Shown here one piece after another: positions 61,879-64,000 of a DNA stretch of 64,000 bases. The translations under genes and the position numbers were made by a program. Origin of the DNA: Candidatus Sericytochromatia bacterium (GTDB lineage Bacteria; Cyanobacteriota; Sericytochromatia; S15B-MN24; JAQBPE01); NCBI GenBank assembly GCA_040400605.1, contig JBBAPZ010000002.1, positions 97,576 through 161,575 of the forward strand, read 5' to 3'. Within the stretch, counting starts at the first letter, position 1. Every line of letters begins with the position of its first letter. A model generated the notes under the pieces. The model was not told the DNA's origin. It did no database searches and saw only the letters and a program-made list of their open reading frames with translations.

Positions 61879-62268
61879 ATGGGTGTAGCGAGTTTGTTGA
61901 AGTTTGTTGCTGCGGATCCTCGTTTGCAGGCAATGGTTCCCGAGGATTGGGCTGCAAAGGTTCGGTCCGGCAAAGCGAAGATTAACCTGCAGCCTGGAAG
62001 TTCCTTGGGGGGTGGAACTGAATTGGTATATACGACTGATGCATGGAGGTCCACCCGTGTTGCCCAGTTCCGGGAAGATAGCATCAACCCGGCAAGATCT
62101 GGCTTTGTGCTGCAAGACGTTAAGCCTGGCACCCGAATTGAGGGTGCGATTCATGCTGATCTTGTACTCACTGACCCATCAAGTCGCTATAGCTTAGCCC
62201 GGATGAATCCCTGGATAAAGGACGGTCCGAATAACTTCTTTGACACGGCCGCGGCATTTCCAGAGTAA
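61879..62268 (+). CDS. Small hypothetical protein, possible carbohydrate-binding-module-like fold
   Basis: AAGGAG RBS; YTTDAW..T and W...G.NNF patterns. Confidence 0.55.
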   Translation: MGVASLLKFVAADPRLQAMVPEDWAAKVRSGKAKINLQPGSSLGGGTELVYTTDAWRSTRVAQFREDSINPARSGFVLQDVKPGTRIEGAIHADLVLTDPSSRYSLARMNPWIKDGPNNFFDTAAAFPE

Positions 62269-62661
62269 CTGATCCTGAGGCGGTTTGCGTGATGATTTTG
62301 GAACGTCAAAATCTTGTCCTTGCTTGACCGCCGGAAACATTTATGTTGTCGATAATGGGCGTTCGGCGTTATACGGCCTGAACGCCCATTGCCTCGCCAA
62401 AGGGTCTCAGATAGTAAAATGCCTGAAATGTTCGGCGCAACGGCATCAAACATGCTGCTTTAGAACCCGCAGTTGCAGAAACTATCAGCGACATACGATT
62501 TTGCGGGGGCGAATGTGTTTGTCGCGCACGCGACAGACAGCTTGCCACGATGACTTAGAAGCTGATGGCAGACTGCCTTGCATAAAATGAATATCAACCT
62601 TTGGGTTCCTGTGCGGCGATTCTCGCACAGTGTACGTTTCTGGGCGTTGGTCGGCGTGGGA

Positions 62662-63102
62662 TTACACCGACGCCCGCACGGGCAAAAGGGAGGAGTGCGC
62701 ATCGGGGTTGGCACGCAACGCCATGATTTCGTTGTCGTAGGCATCCACGTGGTTGGCGAGGGTAGTGAGTGCGACGTGAAATTCGCTGTAATCGAGATCC
62801 GCTGTCGGTAGATCCACCATGGCAAAGACTGAGCCATCTTCCATCTGACAGAATTTTGTCAATGGAATGAGGCCATTCAAGCGGAGCAGGTGTTCCTGCA
62901 AGGCACGTTCGCAGCCGGCTCGGGGGGCTTGGCACACCACGCTGCGGAAGGTGATCCAGTTTTCCTCGTCGTGTGAAATGAAAACTTCGTGGACTTGAAT
63001 GTCGCCTGGGAAGCGGGTCACCCACAAGTGGTTATCGATGCGTTCAAAGGGCCATTCCATCTGGATGAAAAAATTATCGATACGGTCCGCGATCGAAGCC
63101 AT
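62662..63102 (-). CDS. YbjN / type III chaperone-like protein
   Basis: Small acidic protein; LLRLN...KF....G pattern; AGGAGG RBS. Confidence 0.7.
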   Translation of the reverse strand: MASIADRIDNFFIQMEWPFERIDNHLWVTRFPGDIQVHEVFISHDEENWITFRSVVCQAPRAGCERALQEHLLRLNGLIPLTKFCQMEDGSVFAMVDLPTADLDYSEFHVALTTLANHVDAYDNEIMALRANPDAHSSLLPVRASV

Positions 63103-63499
63103 GTCCATCTCCTCCTAGCACCTTGCCTTGGCGTTGTGTCCTTCACTATAGCCAAACTTGCCCTGGCTAACAAGTTACGCGCTTGGTGCCCCTGTGACTT
63201 TTAAAGGAATTCTTCCTGACCGCTTGATTGGATGAATCCTGTCACAAGCGCTCTGTTCGGTTCCTCGCACGAGACAGGCGAAAGGGCACTTGCCTTGTGA
63301 CGCTCATACCGCGTTCATGGCGATCGATGCTGGGCGTCTGGAAGGCTTTTGATCGCTTATACGGAAACACGTTGATGTGTTGATCAAATATTGACTATTG
63401 TTCAAAAACAGCGAGTCAGTTTCTGATGTGTTTGAATTGGCCACATAAGTTTTGAACAGAAACCGATGCGTCATTGTATCGTGCTTCAATGCCAGCCAT

Positions 63500-64000
63500 T
63501 CACAGACGCGCCGACTGAAACTGGCGCAGACCCAGTGATTGCAGGCACGCTCCCGCCGCGCCCACCGCTCCCGCCGTTTCGCCCAGGCTCGCGAGACGGA
63601 CGCAATCTGCAGCCATGGGGCGATCGCCCGTCACCTCCCGCATGCGCAGCGCTTCTTGCACCAACGGCAAATACAGCGGCTGCGTCATCACCCCACCACC
63701 CAACAACACCCGGTCGGGGTCCACCACACTGCAAACACTGACAATGCCGCACGCCAAATATCGCGCAGCCCTTTGCAAGATAGCCAATGCCCAGGCCTCC
63801 CCGGCTTTCGCGCAAGCAAAGATATCAGGCGTCGCGCCTGACCAATCAGGCCGCGCCTCGCGCGCGAGGCGGGCGATCGCCGTCCCGCTTGCATAGGCTT
63901 CCAAACATCCCCGCTGGCCACAATTGCACATGACCCCGGACGCCTCAATAATGAGGTGCCCCAACTCCCCACCCCGAAAACGACCACCCCGCAGCAACTG
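63500..64000 (-). CDS. ROK family kinase (5'-truncated)
   Basis: GELGH, CNCG..GCLE..ASG, LGGG, AG.VGAA. Confidence 0.92.
   Translation of the reverse strand, partial: QLLRGGRFRGGELGHLIIEASGVMCNCGQRGCLEAYASGTAIARLAREARPDWSGATPDIFACAKAGEAWALAILQRAARYLACGIVSVCSVVDPDRVLLGGGVMTQPLYLPLVQEALRMREVTGDRPMAADCVRLASLGETAGAVGAAGACLQSLGLRQFQSARL

Overview
Chromosomal, GC-rich bacterial segment with about 50 CDSs. No tRNA, rRNA, IS transposase, phage module or true CRISPR array was seen. Gene content (DUF3326 plus its small upstream partner, ArsA with an HSP20-like tail, frequent GCGATCGC, LVAQGGAN-repeat lipoproteins, no photosynthesis genes here) suggests a non-photosynthetic relative of Cyanobacteria such as Sericytochromatia; this is inference. 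Housekeeping genes include rpsT, fur-feoAB, pepA, fbaB, a guaB-like gene, an Nfu-like gene, crcB, rnd, folD, a transaldolase, pepP and era-cdd-pyrG. Most notable observations: (1) an XRE-HTH gene bracketed by two homologous arrays of a 14-bp palindrome (CATGTTTAAACATG-like) spaced at 40-42 or 51-53 bp, i.e. helically phased; (2) two adjacent full-length enzymes (HisC-like, M20-like) lacking catalytic residues, directly upstream of an orphan cytoplasmic histidine kinase; (3) a ~135-nt rod-like structured element upstream of a free-standing HNH nuclease gene between an esterase and an ATP-grasp gene; (4) a three-gene lipoprotein cluster built from a repeated unrecognised domain; (5) local G+T/A+C skew flips. 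All family calls come from motif recognition by eye, not database searches.
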